This document shows positions 1 to 11,832 of a DNA stretch of 64,000 nucleotides, piece by piece. The position numbers were made by a program, and so were the translations under genes. How positions within the stretch are numbered: position 1 is the first letter of the stretch; each line of letters starts with the position of its first letter. The notes beneath the pieces are model-generated. The model worked only from the letters and a program-made list of their open reading frames with translations, did no database searches and had not been told where the DNA came from. The stretch is from contig QPMI01000167.1 of assembly GCA_004431415.1 (NCBI GenBank), positions 124,001 to 188,000 on the forward strand, in the 5' to 3' direction. This DNA comes from Cyanophora paradoxa CCMP329. Lineage: Eukaryota; Plantae; Glaucophyta.

Positions 1-219
1 ATCTTCGGCACTCCACCTAGGTGCCGGGGGGGGAGTACTCCCTCCCTCAAGGGGGCCTTTCCGTGCTCGGCCGACCGAAGCTGCTCCGGCGGTGGATGGC
101 GGGCCCGGGGCTGGGCGCCCCTCGTGGTCCAATCCCACGAACTGGAGCCCCAAAGTTGAGATCCGTCTAGCTCGTAGACGTTCTGTCTGCAGCCTGCATG
201 TTTAATTTCTCGAAGTACA
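1..219. repeat. Dispersed repeat R1, copy A (probably continues left of the window)
   Basis: Aligns by eye to 4026-4263 (atctt..ccacctaggtgccggggggggagtactccctccctcaa..gtagacgttctgtctgcagcctgcatg..tttctcgaagtaca). Partial copies at ~597-695, 4456-4495 and 12312-12349. Confidence 0.85.
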
Positions 220-975
220 CTGACTTCGCCTCCAGCTTCGAATTCTTTGTCCCCGCGCGCGCGCGCGCGCGCTAGCGCTGATCATGAATCATTGAATACG
301 AATTCGAATTGAACTACTACTACAAGGCCTGGTTCAACGGTTCAACGGTTGCAGTTGAATCGAAGCAGCTCCGCGGCCGGCGGCCGCCGGGCCGCGGCCC
401 GGCCCGAGCCCTTAAGCTTAGCTTGCAATCAATATTGGCGCTCCAGAGGCTTGCCAATTACAATTGGCGTTGCAATTGTCGCATGCGCGCGCACTAGTAC
501 TAGTGCGGCGCTGGATGGCGGGCTCAGCGGCTAGCGCTAGCGCTGGGCGCGAGGCGTTAACGTTGGCCATGGTTGCATCCCGGGATCTGATCCTGGAGTC
601 CCACGGACTGGAGCCCCATCGACGAGATCCGTCTATATCTAGCTTTAGGCCCTGAGGTGTTCTCAGCCTGCAGCTGTATATTTAATTTCTCGGAGAGGAC
701 ATGTCATGGTAACGGGAAGGCTTCCAGCCTGGCAGTTCGGGATCCAGCTGCATGCGCGCATGCGCAGGGCCAGGCGCCGGCAAGGCAGAGTACTCAGTGA
801 CTGGATCCGGAGCATGTGCAACAGTGCAAGTGGGCTACACCGACTCGCGATCGATATCGATGGCCCTAGGCCTTTCTGGGTTCACAATCAAAATCAAACA
901 TGGCCTTGCGAAAAAAGAAGCGCGGAAAAAGCAGCATTTAAAAAGGGTGGAGGGTTGGAAGCGGGCGGGGGGTGC

Positions 976-3100
976 TCATCCGCAGCGTCGCTCGACGGAG
1001 CGGACGGCCTCGATGATGGGCGGGGCGGTCTGGGCGATGCTGCGGGGCGGTCGGGCGGGGAAAGGGTGGAGGGGGGGGGGGGGGGGGGGGGGCCGGGGCG
1101 GGGCCGGGCGGGGCGGACCTGCGCATGCAGGCGAGGACCTCGGGGCCGGTCATGCCGATGGAGGCCACGAAGAACGAGCGCTCCGGCATCCTGCCGCCCC
1201 GTCAGCCCGCCCTCCCCCCGCCCCCGCCCCCGCCCCGCCCTCGCCCCGCCCCCACGCCCACCCCCACCCCCGCGCACCCCGTCATCATGAGGCCGGTCGC
1301 CTGGGCAGGCGGGGTGTCGGGGGCAGGCGGGGCGCGGGGGCGGGGGCGGGTGGGGCGGGCGGGGGGGGACCTTGCGCATGAGGAAGTTGTGGTGGTGGTG
1401 GAGGGAGCGGCGGTAGGCGGCGCGGGCGACGTCGGCGAGGTTCTCGCGCGACTCGTCCAGGTACTCCCCGCAGAAGCAGATCAAGAAGTCCAGCAGCCGC
1501 CCCACCGCCACCTGCGCCCCCGAGCTCCACACCCGACCCCGCCCCGCCCCGCCCCGCCCCCCGGCGCCCCGCGCACCACCGCCGACGTCCCCCGGGCGTT
1601 GCGGCGGAAGGCGCGGCGGCCCGAGGCCTCCCAGCGCGCCATTCCCTGCACCGTCGGCACCCCGCGCTGCAGCCCGGCCCACCGCCGACGACGGCCGCGG
1701 GCCGAGCCCGGGCCCGGGGTGGAGCGGCCGGGACGGGGGTGGAGCGGCCGGGGACGGGGTGGAGCGGCCGGGCGGCGCGGGGGCTCGGAGGGGGCGGAGG
1801 CGGAGGAGGAGGCGGCGTCGTCGTCGGGTCGGAGGCGGCGTCAGAGCCGAAGAGGAGGTCCCAGAGGGCCAGCACGCACGCCGCCCCTCCCCGCGCCCCG
1901 CGCCCCCTTCCCTCCTCCCCCTCGCCCCGTCCCAGCAGCACTCCACGCCCCCGCCCCGCCGCGGCGTCCGCGCCACCGCCGCCGTCAGCGACCCGAAGTG
2001 CTCCCCGCTCTGCGCGCCGGCTCGGGGCGGGGGCGGGGGCGGGGGCGGGGCGGGGCGGGGGCGGACGGTGCGGAAGAGGGTCTCGAGGGTGTGGAGGTGC
2101 GTGCGCATCTCGTCGCGGAGGAACTCCATGACGGGCCCGAAGGCCCTCGAGAGCGCCGCCACGTCCCGCACGATCTCCAGCAGCTGCCCCGCCCTCAGCG
2201 CCCGCGCGCCCCGGGGCGGGGGCGGGGGCGGGGGCGCGGACGCTGAGGAAGGGGACCTCGGGCCCATCGGGCCCCGGGACGAGGCGGGCGCCGTTCACGA
2301 GCTCCACCAGCCGGTACAGGATGCCCCGGGCCTCTGGGTACAGCACCCCCACCCCCGGCCCGGCCGGCGCCACCGCCCCGCCCCGCACCACCGACAGCGA
2401 CGCCACCGCCCGCAGGCCCCGCCCCGCCTCCGGCTGCGACGCCAGCACCGCTGCACCCGCCCTCAGCGGCCGCGCGGGGCGCAGGGGCGCGCCGCTCCTC
2501 ACCCTGGGCGCGCGGATCGGCTCGGAGGGAGGGCGTGCGGGGCGTGCGGGGCGTGATCGGCGTGCCGGCGCCCTGCGACGCCGGCCGAATGGGCACCGCC
2601 ATCGTCCGCCGCGCCGTCAGGGGCGTGCTCGCCCCGCTTCCTCCGCGCGGCACCAGGGGGCTCTGGTACGAAGGCGTAGCGACCAGACCGCCTGTGGGAA
2701 CAGGCTCCGGGCGCGCTCTCGGCACGACGGGCGAGGCCGCTGGCGAAGCGGGCACGTGCACCGCCGGCGACCACATCCTTTGCGGCGCTGCCTCCGACGG
2801 ACGCTCGAACCCGTGACTGAACGAAACCCGCGCCGCGAGTCCAGTGGCGGCTTCCGGCTGGCGCGCCGCAGGAATGAAGGGTGCGAACGCGCCAAAGAGC
2901 GATGCACCAACGCCAAGGAGACCGCTCTGATGGCTGTCTGATGCGCTTTGACCGTAGCTAGGACCGCTGCTTGGGAGGCGCTGACTCTGAATGCTAGGAG
3001 CTGGCGAGGGGTCGCGCGCGCGCTGCCACGCGTACGGCTGATCGCCCAGCTGGCCGGCGCTGCTGTTTGGAGCCGCGAAGTGCGACCGCGCGCGTTGCAT
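976..3100 (-). CDS. Glycolipid transfer protein (GLTP/ACD11-like) domain protein with a long low-complexity N-terminus, multi-exon
   Basis: Spliced exons give LLEIVRDVAALSRAFGPVMEFLRDEMRTHL..GRLLDFLICFC..LADVARAAYRRSLHHHHNFLMRKV..PERSFFVASIG, matching the GLTP pattern (AY..L..HH.W/F..R; P.R..F). Stop at 976-978; start uncertain. Confidence 0.75.
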
Positions 3101-3444
3101 TTTGGATCCTTAGAGTTTGGTTCGCAAATCGCGTATCCCCGCCGGGCTGCGGGCCAATGACGTCGACAACTGGCAAATCGAGATCGAAGCTTAAAAACCG
3201 CGCCGGTGTCAGTGTACTGTACGTATACGTACGCGTATACATGTAGTGCCGCGCGCGGTACCGGTGCGCCAAAATAAGCCGGCTCCAGGAAAGTAACGCC
3301 ATATAAATGCATATACATATACCGCAGACGTCGACTAGTACTAGTACACGTACTGGCCCGCGCAGCTGCAGTACTAGTATACGTACGTATACTAGTGCAC
3401 GTGCGCTGCCACGGTGCGCATGCGCGCGCTTTGACTGCCGCGCC

Positions 3445-3841
3445 CAGCAGCGCTTTGACTTCAGCGCGCCACATCCCGTGGCGCCGTCTCGGGTGCGCAC
3501 TCGCGACCGGCGCACGCGCGTCCTGAAATTCAACGATATCCTTAGAATAATAATTCGCTGACCTTTCGCACGCGCGCGTACGCCGCGCAGGTCTCCTCCA
3601 GCTTCGCTTCCGCGCATGAGCCCGTCGAATTCGAAGCAGCGCCGCGGCAACCCTGGCGCTCCCGTAGCAGCGTGAGCTCGAGCCTCTCCCCCGCGCGCGC
3701 ATTAATATTTCCGTGCGCGCGCGTAATATTCCTGATCATGACCTCGTCGCGCGCTCGCGCCCGAATTCGCAGCTCGGGCCGCGCTCAGCAGCGCTTCGAG
3801 TTCAGCAGCGCGCCACCTCCCGTGACGCCGTGTCGGGTGCG
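3445..3841. repeat. Degenerate ~55-bp direct repeat pair (3445-3497 and 3787-3841) in palindrome-rich intergenic DNA
   Basis: cagcagcgctttgacttcagcgcgccacatcccgtggcgccgtctcgggtgcg vs cagcagcgcttcgagttcagcagcgcgccacctcccgtgacgccgtgtcgggtgcg. Confidence 0.7.
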
Positions 3842-4025
3842 AAGTTTTAATTTGTTTTGATCTAGAGATCAAATCCTGCATGCCTGCAGCTGTGATCGTG
3901 CACGTGACCTGACATTAAAAATATTGCCGCCTTGCGCAGGCTCCCCCCCGCGGGCACCTTCCGCCCGCGGCCCCCCCGGCGGCGGGCCGTCGCCTCCCGA
4001 TCCACCGGTGCTGCATGCGCGCGCA

Positions 4026-4263
4026 ATCTTTGGCACGCCACCTAGGTGCCGGGGGGGGAGTACTCCCTCCCTCAAGGGCCGGGGGCCTTTCAGTGCTCGG
4101 CCGACCGAAGCCGCTCGCGAGCTCCGGCGGTGGATGGCGGGCTGGGCGCCCCTCGTGGTCCAATCCCACGAACGTTAACTGGAGCCCCAAAGTTGAGATC
4201 CGTCTATAGCTAGCTTGTAGACGTTCTGTCTGCAGCCTGCATGCGCATGTTTCTCGAAGTACA
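4026..4263. repeat. Dispersed repeat R1, copy B
   Basis: Near-identical to 1-219 apart from a few substitutions and short palindromic insertions. Confidence 0.85.
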
Positions 4264-4655
4264 GTATACGTACTGGTCCCACCTTGAAAAAGTGAAACAG
4301 AATTCGAAGTACAAACAGCTGCAGATCTAGACTGAGAGTGAAAAACATGACGACATCCATCTATAGCTATGCGCTAGCACCGTACGCGTGGCACAGCGCG
4401 CGGTACGCTTGTATACGTATACGTATACGTATACGTATGGGGAAGAACTTCGTGCTGTAGACGTTCTGTCTGCAGCCCTGTATGTTTCTCGAAGTGCAAA
4501 GAGGCCGCAGGACGATTATCAGAGATGTGTTGCAGTTGGAAGGGGCCCAAGTACAGGTGTGTGAAGTTCAAGGGGGCCCTTTGGTGGGTACAAGTGCAAA
4601 TTCCACCATCGCGAACGATCGGTCGGCGGTTGGTCGGCGTGCGGTTGTTCTCACG

Positions 4656-4934
4656 ATGGACATCAGCTACGAGGAGTTCATTGAGCTGCACCGCGCGCAG
4701 CTGCAGGCGTGCGGACTACCTCAGCAGCTCTGGCGCACTGCATTCGAGAAGCTGATCGAGGAGAAGTTCGACGCCGGCGGTACGCTCTGCCGGCCCCTGC
4801 GCGCTGCGCTGTGCGGGCCCACGCGCGCACGCTACGATGCCGCGCGCGGCCTTAGCGCAGTGCCGTGCCGGGACGCACGTGCACGCACGCGTAATATCCG
4901 CCACAGAGTACTTGCAGGTCGTGTACGTCGCCGT

Positions 4935-4965
<31 letters not shown>

Positions 4966-7779
4966 GACGCAGGCGCCGCGAGCGGCGAAGGCGCAGAGGC
5001 ATCTGTTGCGGCTAAGTCCGAGGAGCGGCTCTCAGGCTACCGCGTGCGTGCGTCGCGACCGATCGACCGCCACTCGAACGTCTTTCTGATCGATCACGCC
5101 TGGTGCGCCATTGTTTCTGAGTCTGCGCGGTGCGGGAGGGGCGTGTGCGGGGCGATGAGGCGGCGGGCAGGTCGACGTCGTGGGGGGAGGCGCGGAAGCA
5201 GCTGAGGGAGATCCCCGGCCTCGTCGAGCGCCTCCTCGTGCGCGCCCCGCGACGCGCCGCGGCGCGGGGCGGGGCGGGGCCGACGCGGCGCAGACGATGT
5301 TCGACGTGGCGGTGGGGGAGGAGGAGGTGGCGGCCCTGCGCGCCCAGCCGCCCGAGGAGTACCGCGCCCCCGAGCACCTCGTCCGCCCGCCCCGGCCCGC
5401 GCGAGGGGCCGAGGGGCGGGGGCGCGAGGCGGCGGCAGGTGTCGCGCGTGTGGCTGGAGATGTGGCGCTACGCGGGGCCTACCGCGTGGCCTCCCCGCAG
5501 GGCGAGCTCGCCGCCGAGCCGACGTGGTGTACGCCCCGGCCCCGCCCGGCCCCGCAGCGCCGGCCCCGCGAGCCGGCGGCAGACGTGATGGACGAGGTGG
5601 GGAGCTGGATGCGCCACCGCACCGCCGCCCCCTCCTTCGCCCTCGTCCCTTCTGGCGCGCCCCGCCCCGCCCCCCGCCCCCGCCCTCGCACCCCGCGACC
5701 GCGGTTGCGCAGCTACGTGCCGCGCGGCGTCTTCTACTCGCTGGCGTGGCCTCTCGCCGAGCGCGCCCGCCCCGCCGCGCCGCGCCGCGCCGGGCCGCCG
5801 CGGGGCGCTGAGGGGCGGGGGCAGCGTGGCGGAGGGCGACGAGGCGACGCGGGACTACCAGCCCGGTGCCGCCCCGCCCCGGCCCTGCCACAGGGAGGCG
5901 CTGGCGGGGGCCTTCGCGACGATGGCGAGCGCCAAGGAGGCGGGCGCCCCGCGCCCCGCCCGGGGCCCCCGAGCCGCGTGCGCCGGCCGCGCGCCGCGCC
6001 GGGGGCACGGGGCCGAGCGGGGGCGGGCAGCGGGGGAGGCGCTGGAGCGGCTGCGGATCACGAGCCGCGCGACCGTCGCCGGCCTCGCCCCGGGCCCCGC
6101 CCGCCGGCCCCTCCGCGTCCGCCCGCCCCTCCGCCCCGACGGAACCCCGGGCGAGGGCGGGGGCCTCGGGGGCGCAGATCCTGACGGACCTGGCGGTGGT
6201 GCGGGAGAGCGTGCGGCGGCCCGAGTTCGAGCTCGTCGACGACGAGGCGCAGGCCGGCGCGCCCCCGCCGCCCCGGCCGCGCCCGCGCCGGGCGACCCCG
6301 CGCAGACGTCCTCTGGCTGAGCGCCAACATCACCGACTGGCGCACCGTGCCCCCGCGCCTCCTCGTCTCCCAGTTCCCCGGCGAGGTGCCCCGCCCCGCC
6401 CCGTCCCGCCCCGCCCCGGGGCGCTCAGGGGCGGCGCGCGGGGGCAGGGCTGCCTGGTGGAGAAGCACCGGCTGGCGGCGCTGTGCCAGGGGCGCTTCGG
6501 GCGGCCGCGCTGGCTGCCGCGGACGCTGGACCTGGAGAAGGAGGCGCCCGACCTGATCGCCCTCTTCGTCCTCCGCCAGGAGGAGGGCTTCGACAACCAC
6601 TGGATGTGCCCCCCCCCCGCCCCCGGCCCCGGCCCCGGCCCCGGCCCCGTCTCACCCTCGCCGCCCCGCCCGCCCGCAGCGTCAAGTGCGCCGCGCGGAG
6701 CGCAGCGCGCCTCCCCGCGGGGCCGTGAGCGGGGCGGGGCGGCGGGGCGGCGCAGGCCGGTGCGGCTGGCGCGCTCCATGGACACGTGGCGCGCCTGCCC
6801 GCCCGCCCCGCCCCGCCGGCCTCCTCTGAGGGGGCGCAGCGTGTCGAGCCACCTCGCGGCAATCCTGCGTCTCGCCGAGACCGGGCCCAAGGTCGTCTCC
6901 AAGTGTCGGCCCCGCCCCCGCCCCCGCCCCCGCCCCGTCCCAGCCGACGGGGCGGGGGGGCAGACATCGAGAAGCCGGCGCTCCTCGACGGGTGCAAGTT
7001 CGACCTGGCGCGCCCCCGCCTTGGCCGCGCGCCGGGCGCCTCGTGACGGCGCGGCAGCGGTTCATCGTGCTGCTGCGGAGCACGGCGCCCCTCGTCCTCT
7101 ACGCCTACACCCGCTTCTGGATCCGCTGCGCCAACGAGGTCCCGCCCCCCGCCCCGCCCCCGCCCCGCCCCCGAGCCTGACGGCGGGACCGGGGCGGGGG
7201 GCAGCCGTACGAGCTGCGGGAGCTGGAGCAGTACGAGCGGCACTTCGCGCGCCCCTCCGCCACCCGGGAAGCGGGGGGCGGGGGTGACGGGCGGGGGCGG
7301 GGCGCAGACGGTGATGAACTACACGGCGGGGCCGATGAAGCAGGTGCGGATGGAGGAGTTCGTCGCGCGCTTCGAGGCGCAGGGCGGGGGCCCCTGGGGC
7401 GCCACCCTCGACGCCATCCACGCCATGCTCCGCCAGCCCTTCCTCGCCGCCGCCGACACCGCGCGCCCCGCCCCCGCCCCCCGCCGCCCCCCCGCTCACC
7501 CCGAGCAGATGCCCCACTACCCGCAGGGGCGCGCCATGTACGGGGTGCGCCGGCCTCGGGCCCCCGGGGTGGCGCGTGTGGGGGGTGGGGCGGGATCTGG
7601 AGCGGGGGCGGGGGCAGGTGGACGTGATGCTGGACGCGGGGCGGGAGCCGTACCTGCTGGAGGTGACCTACATGCCCGACTGCACCCGCGCCGAGAAGTT
7701 CTACCCGGGCTTCCACGACTCCGCCCTCGCCGCCCTCCTCCTAGACCAGCCCGACCCCGCCGACTGGCGCCCCATCTGA
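4656..7779 (+). CDS. TTLL12: Tubulin-tyrosine ligase-like protein 12, about 20 introns
   Basis: Spliced motifs: F..LHRAQLQACGLP, VFLIDHAW, WYVMDEVGSWMRH, SQFPGE, WLPRT, NHWIVKP..LARSMDT, GPKVVSKYIEKP, KFDLRF, HFTVMNY, RAMYGVDVML, LLEVTYMPDC. Apparent 1-nt slips in G/C runs near 5478 and 5649. Confidence 0.9.
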
Positions 7780-8441
7780 CCACTCCGTCGCCCAAGGGCA
7801 GAGCCTCAGGGCCCGGCCAGCGGCCCGCGCACAAATGCACGCAGTTGATTTGTAGCCTAGTAGATCGTGACTCCGTGAAGCCTTGAAGAAGCGCTGAACT
7901 TCGGAATTGATGCCTTCCGAGTTCATGATCAGGTAGATCTTCGGAAATCAGTGACTGGTCATGAAGCTTAAATTCGCCGAGTCGGGCTCCGAGGCTCATG
8001 ATCAGCCTGGCAGCGGCTCCGAGGCTTGCAATTGGGAAGAAAATTTCACAAGCAGGGGGGCTCCGCCCCCCCGCACCCCCCCAGTGGTTTGATTCTTGTG
8101 GTACTACGGTAAAGTGATATTATATTTAAATGGCTGGCCTGGCTTATAATTATTGGCTCTTCTTCTTCTTCTTTTACTAATCGACAAGTTGACTTCATTT
8201 TGAATCTTGACAAGTTGAATCGGCCCGGCGGGCCGCTGCGCCTCGGACTCGGGATGCTCGCGCTCGTAAGGGGTCGTGCTCGTGCGCGCCCGCGGCCGGC
8301 GGCGTTGCGGGGTCCGACGGTCCGGGGAAGAGAAACTTGAAATTCATTTTCGAATTCGGGGCGATGGCTGGAATCCGATGATCCGGAGATCTAGAGACTC
8401 TGAGAGCAGAAAAAGGAGCAAACTTGAAGGACCGTCGCCGG

Positions 8442-8888
8442 GCGAGGCCCTGAGGAGTGCCCGTGCTGCATCCGTTGCCACGGGCGCCTCCCCGGCATGC
8501 GGGCGCCCACAGGCACAGGCCACAGGCGGGCGCGTACGTATACACCCGGTGACCGCCCCGCCCCCGCACCCCGCTCGCGATCGTCGCCTAGGGCCACCGC
8601 CCCGGGCCGCGCCTGAACACGCTAGCGCTCGACTCGAGATCGCTCGTCGCACTACTGCGGCAAGCCTTTGAAGCCTACCGTACTGCGGCACTCAGTGATC
8701 ATGAGTGACTACTGATCATGACTACCTCGACTAGACAGTGATCATGAAGCTTCCCAAAACTTTTTGCAAAAGAAGTTCAGACTGCAGATCATCGGATAAA
8801 ATTCGAATGTACACACGATCTAAAGACGACAACATGGACTGTACGGTACTAGTACTGCAATGCCATGATGAATCATTGAATTGCCTTG
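8442..8888. pseudogene. Decayed, mostly inverted copy of the CCDC81-like last exon and its 3' flank
   Basis: 8452-8635 matches the reverse complement of ~12807-12921; 8779-8888 matches the reverse complement of ~12686-12756; 8442-8457 is a direct match to 12791-12806. Confidence 0.8.
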
Positions 8889-9039
8889 AAAAGGACTGCG
8901 AACGACGAACTAAGAAATGGAGCATAGATCTAGAAGTACATTATGAGCAGACCGTCGGACTGAGCAATAAATTAAATACTACGTAGCGATTTTCTCACGC
9001 TGCGGAAGCGGCCAGGGCGGGTGGGGGCGGGTGGCGGGG

Positions 9040-11830
9040 TCAGCGGGGGCCCTTATTGAGCTTGGCGAGGGCGAGCATGGTGGAGGCGCGCAGGAGGAGC
9101 CAGAAGAGGACCTGCCGCCCCGTCCCGCCCCGCCCCGCGCGCACCAGGAGCCCCAGGTCGAACCACTTGTCCCCGACGCCCGTCCCGTGGTCCAGCACGT
9201 ACAGCTCCAGCGCCCGCGGCTGCCCCGCCGCGATCGCCCGTCCCTCGAACTCGTTCACCATCGACGCTGCCCCGCGCCCCGGCGGCCCCGCGCCGCGGCG
9301 CGCGTGAGCTGCAGGCGGGGCCGGGGGCGGGGCGGGGGCGGGGCGGGGCGGACCGGAGAAGCCGTAGGTGAAGAAGGAGCCGTAGTAGATCCAGAGCCAG
9401 TAGGAGGGGACGAGGTGGCGGGGGACGAAGAAGCCGCCGAACATGAAGGAGACGCCGACGAGGGCGTTGGAGATGATGATGGCCATCGAGGCGTTCCTGG
9501 CCATGGCGCTGAAGAGCTCCGTGCAGCTCGCCGCCACGTTGCTGAAGACCATCACGAAGAGCACGTAGTAGAGCGTCGCCTGCTTGGCCCGCCCCCGCCC
9601 CCGCCCCCGGGGCCCCCCTCGCTCCCCCGCCCCGCCCCGGGGCGGCCGCGGGCGGGCGGGGGGGCGCACGGGTCGGTGTTGAAGCCGAGGAAGGCGTACA
9701 TGATCATGGCGAAGGGGACGAGGACGAGGCAGTTCTGCGGCACCGACACCAGCGTCTTCGCCAGGAAGTACGAGGCCACCGAGTAGCTCCCCGACTGCGT
9801 CTCCCTGCGCCGCCCCTCACCCTCCGGGCCCCGCGGGGCAGGGGGCGGGGGGCGGGGGGCGGGCCTGTTCACCATGAGGCGCTCGGCGATGATGGCCTCG
9901 ATGCTGGAGAAGGAGGAGTAGGTGATGAGGAGGCACACCATGAAGAGCCCCTGCCACTTCAGCATCTCCGTCTCTGCGCCCCCCGCTCGCCCCCGCGTGC
10001 GGGGCCGGTGCGGGGGCGGGGGGCGCACGGTCGGCGGTCGAGCCGTTGGACTTGAAGAGGGAGCCGGCGATGGTGCCGAGCAGGATCCCCTGCGCCATGA
10101 TCCCCAAGAACAGGTTCCCGTCCCGCGCCAGCTGCCCCCCGCCCCGCCCCGTCCGCCCCGCCCCGCCCCCGCCCCCCGGCGCCCCGCGCGGCGGGGCGCA
10201 CGAGCTTGAGGTTGCGGTCGCAGAGGATGGCGGTCTGGCGGAGGAAGCCGCACGCGTCGTCCCGCAGCGTCCCGCTCAGCCCCGCCGGCACGCTCTTCGC
10301 CTGCGCCTCCGCTCGCCACGCGCGGGGCGGGGCGGGGCGGGCGGGGCGGGCGGGGCGGGGCGGGGCGGGGACCTCGGGGTGGGCGATGGCGCGGAGGGCG
10401 GCGGCGGCGGGGGCGCCGAGGGGCGAGGCGGCGTACTCGGCGGCGAGGCGCTCGAGCTTGCGCTCGAGCGCCGCGTGCGCCTCGCCCGGGGCCTCGGCGT
10501 CGCCGCCCGCCGGCTCGCGGAGGGCGAGCGCGGCGCTCCCGATCGGGGGCGAGACGGCCTCGATGAGGAGCTCGGCGGGGGAGAGATCGATGGCGCGAGT
10601 CGCCCCGCATCGCCAGCCCGACCCACGCCAAGTGCGCGACGGCCGCCGCGACGGGCCCGAAGTACGTCGTCCGCCCCCTCGCGAGCAGCAGCAGCGAGTC
10701 GAACATCGAGAAGACCGTGCGCGACGGCTGGTGGATCGTGCTGCGCCCGGCGTCATGATCGGGCCCCGGCGCCCCGCCCCGGCGCCGGGGGCGGACCAGA
10801 GGACCGTGTGGCCGCGCGCCGCCATGCTCTTGAGGAGCTCGACGACGCTGCCGGCAGTGAGCGCGGCCGCCTGCCGGCGCCGATGCCGCACGGCCGGCGC
10901 ACCCGTAGGCGTCGGCCGAGGAGAGGCCGCTCGTCGGCTCGTCCAGGATGAGCACGTTCGGGGAGCGGATGAGCTCCACCCCGATCGAGACGCGCCGCTT
11001 CTCCCCGCCAGAGACGCCCCGCACGAAGCTGCCGCCGACCTGCGGGGCGCTCGGGGCGGCGGGGCGGGGGCGGGGGGCGGGGCGGGGGCGCCTTGGTGGC
11101 GGCGGCCTTGAGGAGGCCGAGCTGGGCGAGGAGCTCGTCGACGCGCGCCGCCCGCTCCGCGTCGCTCCGCGAGGCCGGCAGCGTCAGCCGCGCGCTGTAC
11201 ATCAGCGTCTCCCGCACCGTCAGGTGCTCCAGCAGCACGTCCTCCTGCCCCGCCCCCCCGCCCCGTCGGCTCCGCCCCCCGCCCCCGCCCCGCCCCCCGC
11301 ACCTGGGTGACGTACGAGGTGGCGCGCTGGAGCAGGCGCACGTTCTTCGCCTCTTCCGTCACGAGCTCCTGCGGGGCGCATGCCGCCCGTCGCCCCCCGC
11401 CCCGGCCCCGCCCCGCCCCGCCCCCCGTACCTCCCCGTTCAGGAGGATGCGCCCGCTGATTCGCCCCAAGTTCTTCCGCCCCGCTACAATGTCCAGCAGC
11501 GTACTCTTTCCGCTCCCTGGCCCCGCCCCGTCAGCCCCGGCCGTTGCCACTCGCCGCGCCGGGCACCGCGCCGGCGCCGCGAGGGCGCACCGGAGGGGCC
11601 CATGATCGCCATGCACTCGCCCGATCGCACGTGCGCGTTGATCCCGTGCAGAATGACCTGCCGCGCCGCAAACGGCGTCAGCGCCAAGGGCGCGCGATTG
11701 CGGCACGCGCATGCCTTCAAGAACGAGGGCCGCGGGCCGGGCTCGGGCACCTTGCGCTCGGCCTGCGCGGCCTTGCGGCCGAACCGGCCGCCGCCGACGT
11801 TGACGCTGTAGCCGACGCCGCGGAGGCCGC
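9040..11830 (-). CDS. ABCG-family (White/BCRP-type) half transporter, NBD-TMD order; native start not evident
   Basis: Walker A GPSGSGKST, signature [12 protein letters not shown], Walker [12 protein letters not shown]-loop STIHQPS, TMD motifs [19 protein letters not shown] and [21 protein letters not shown]; stop at 9040. Confidence 0.92.
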
Positions 11831-11832
11831 CG

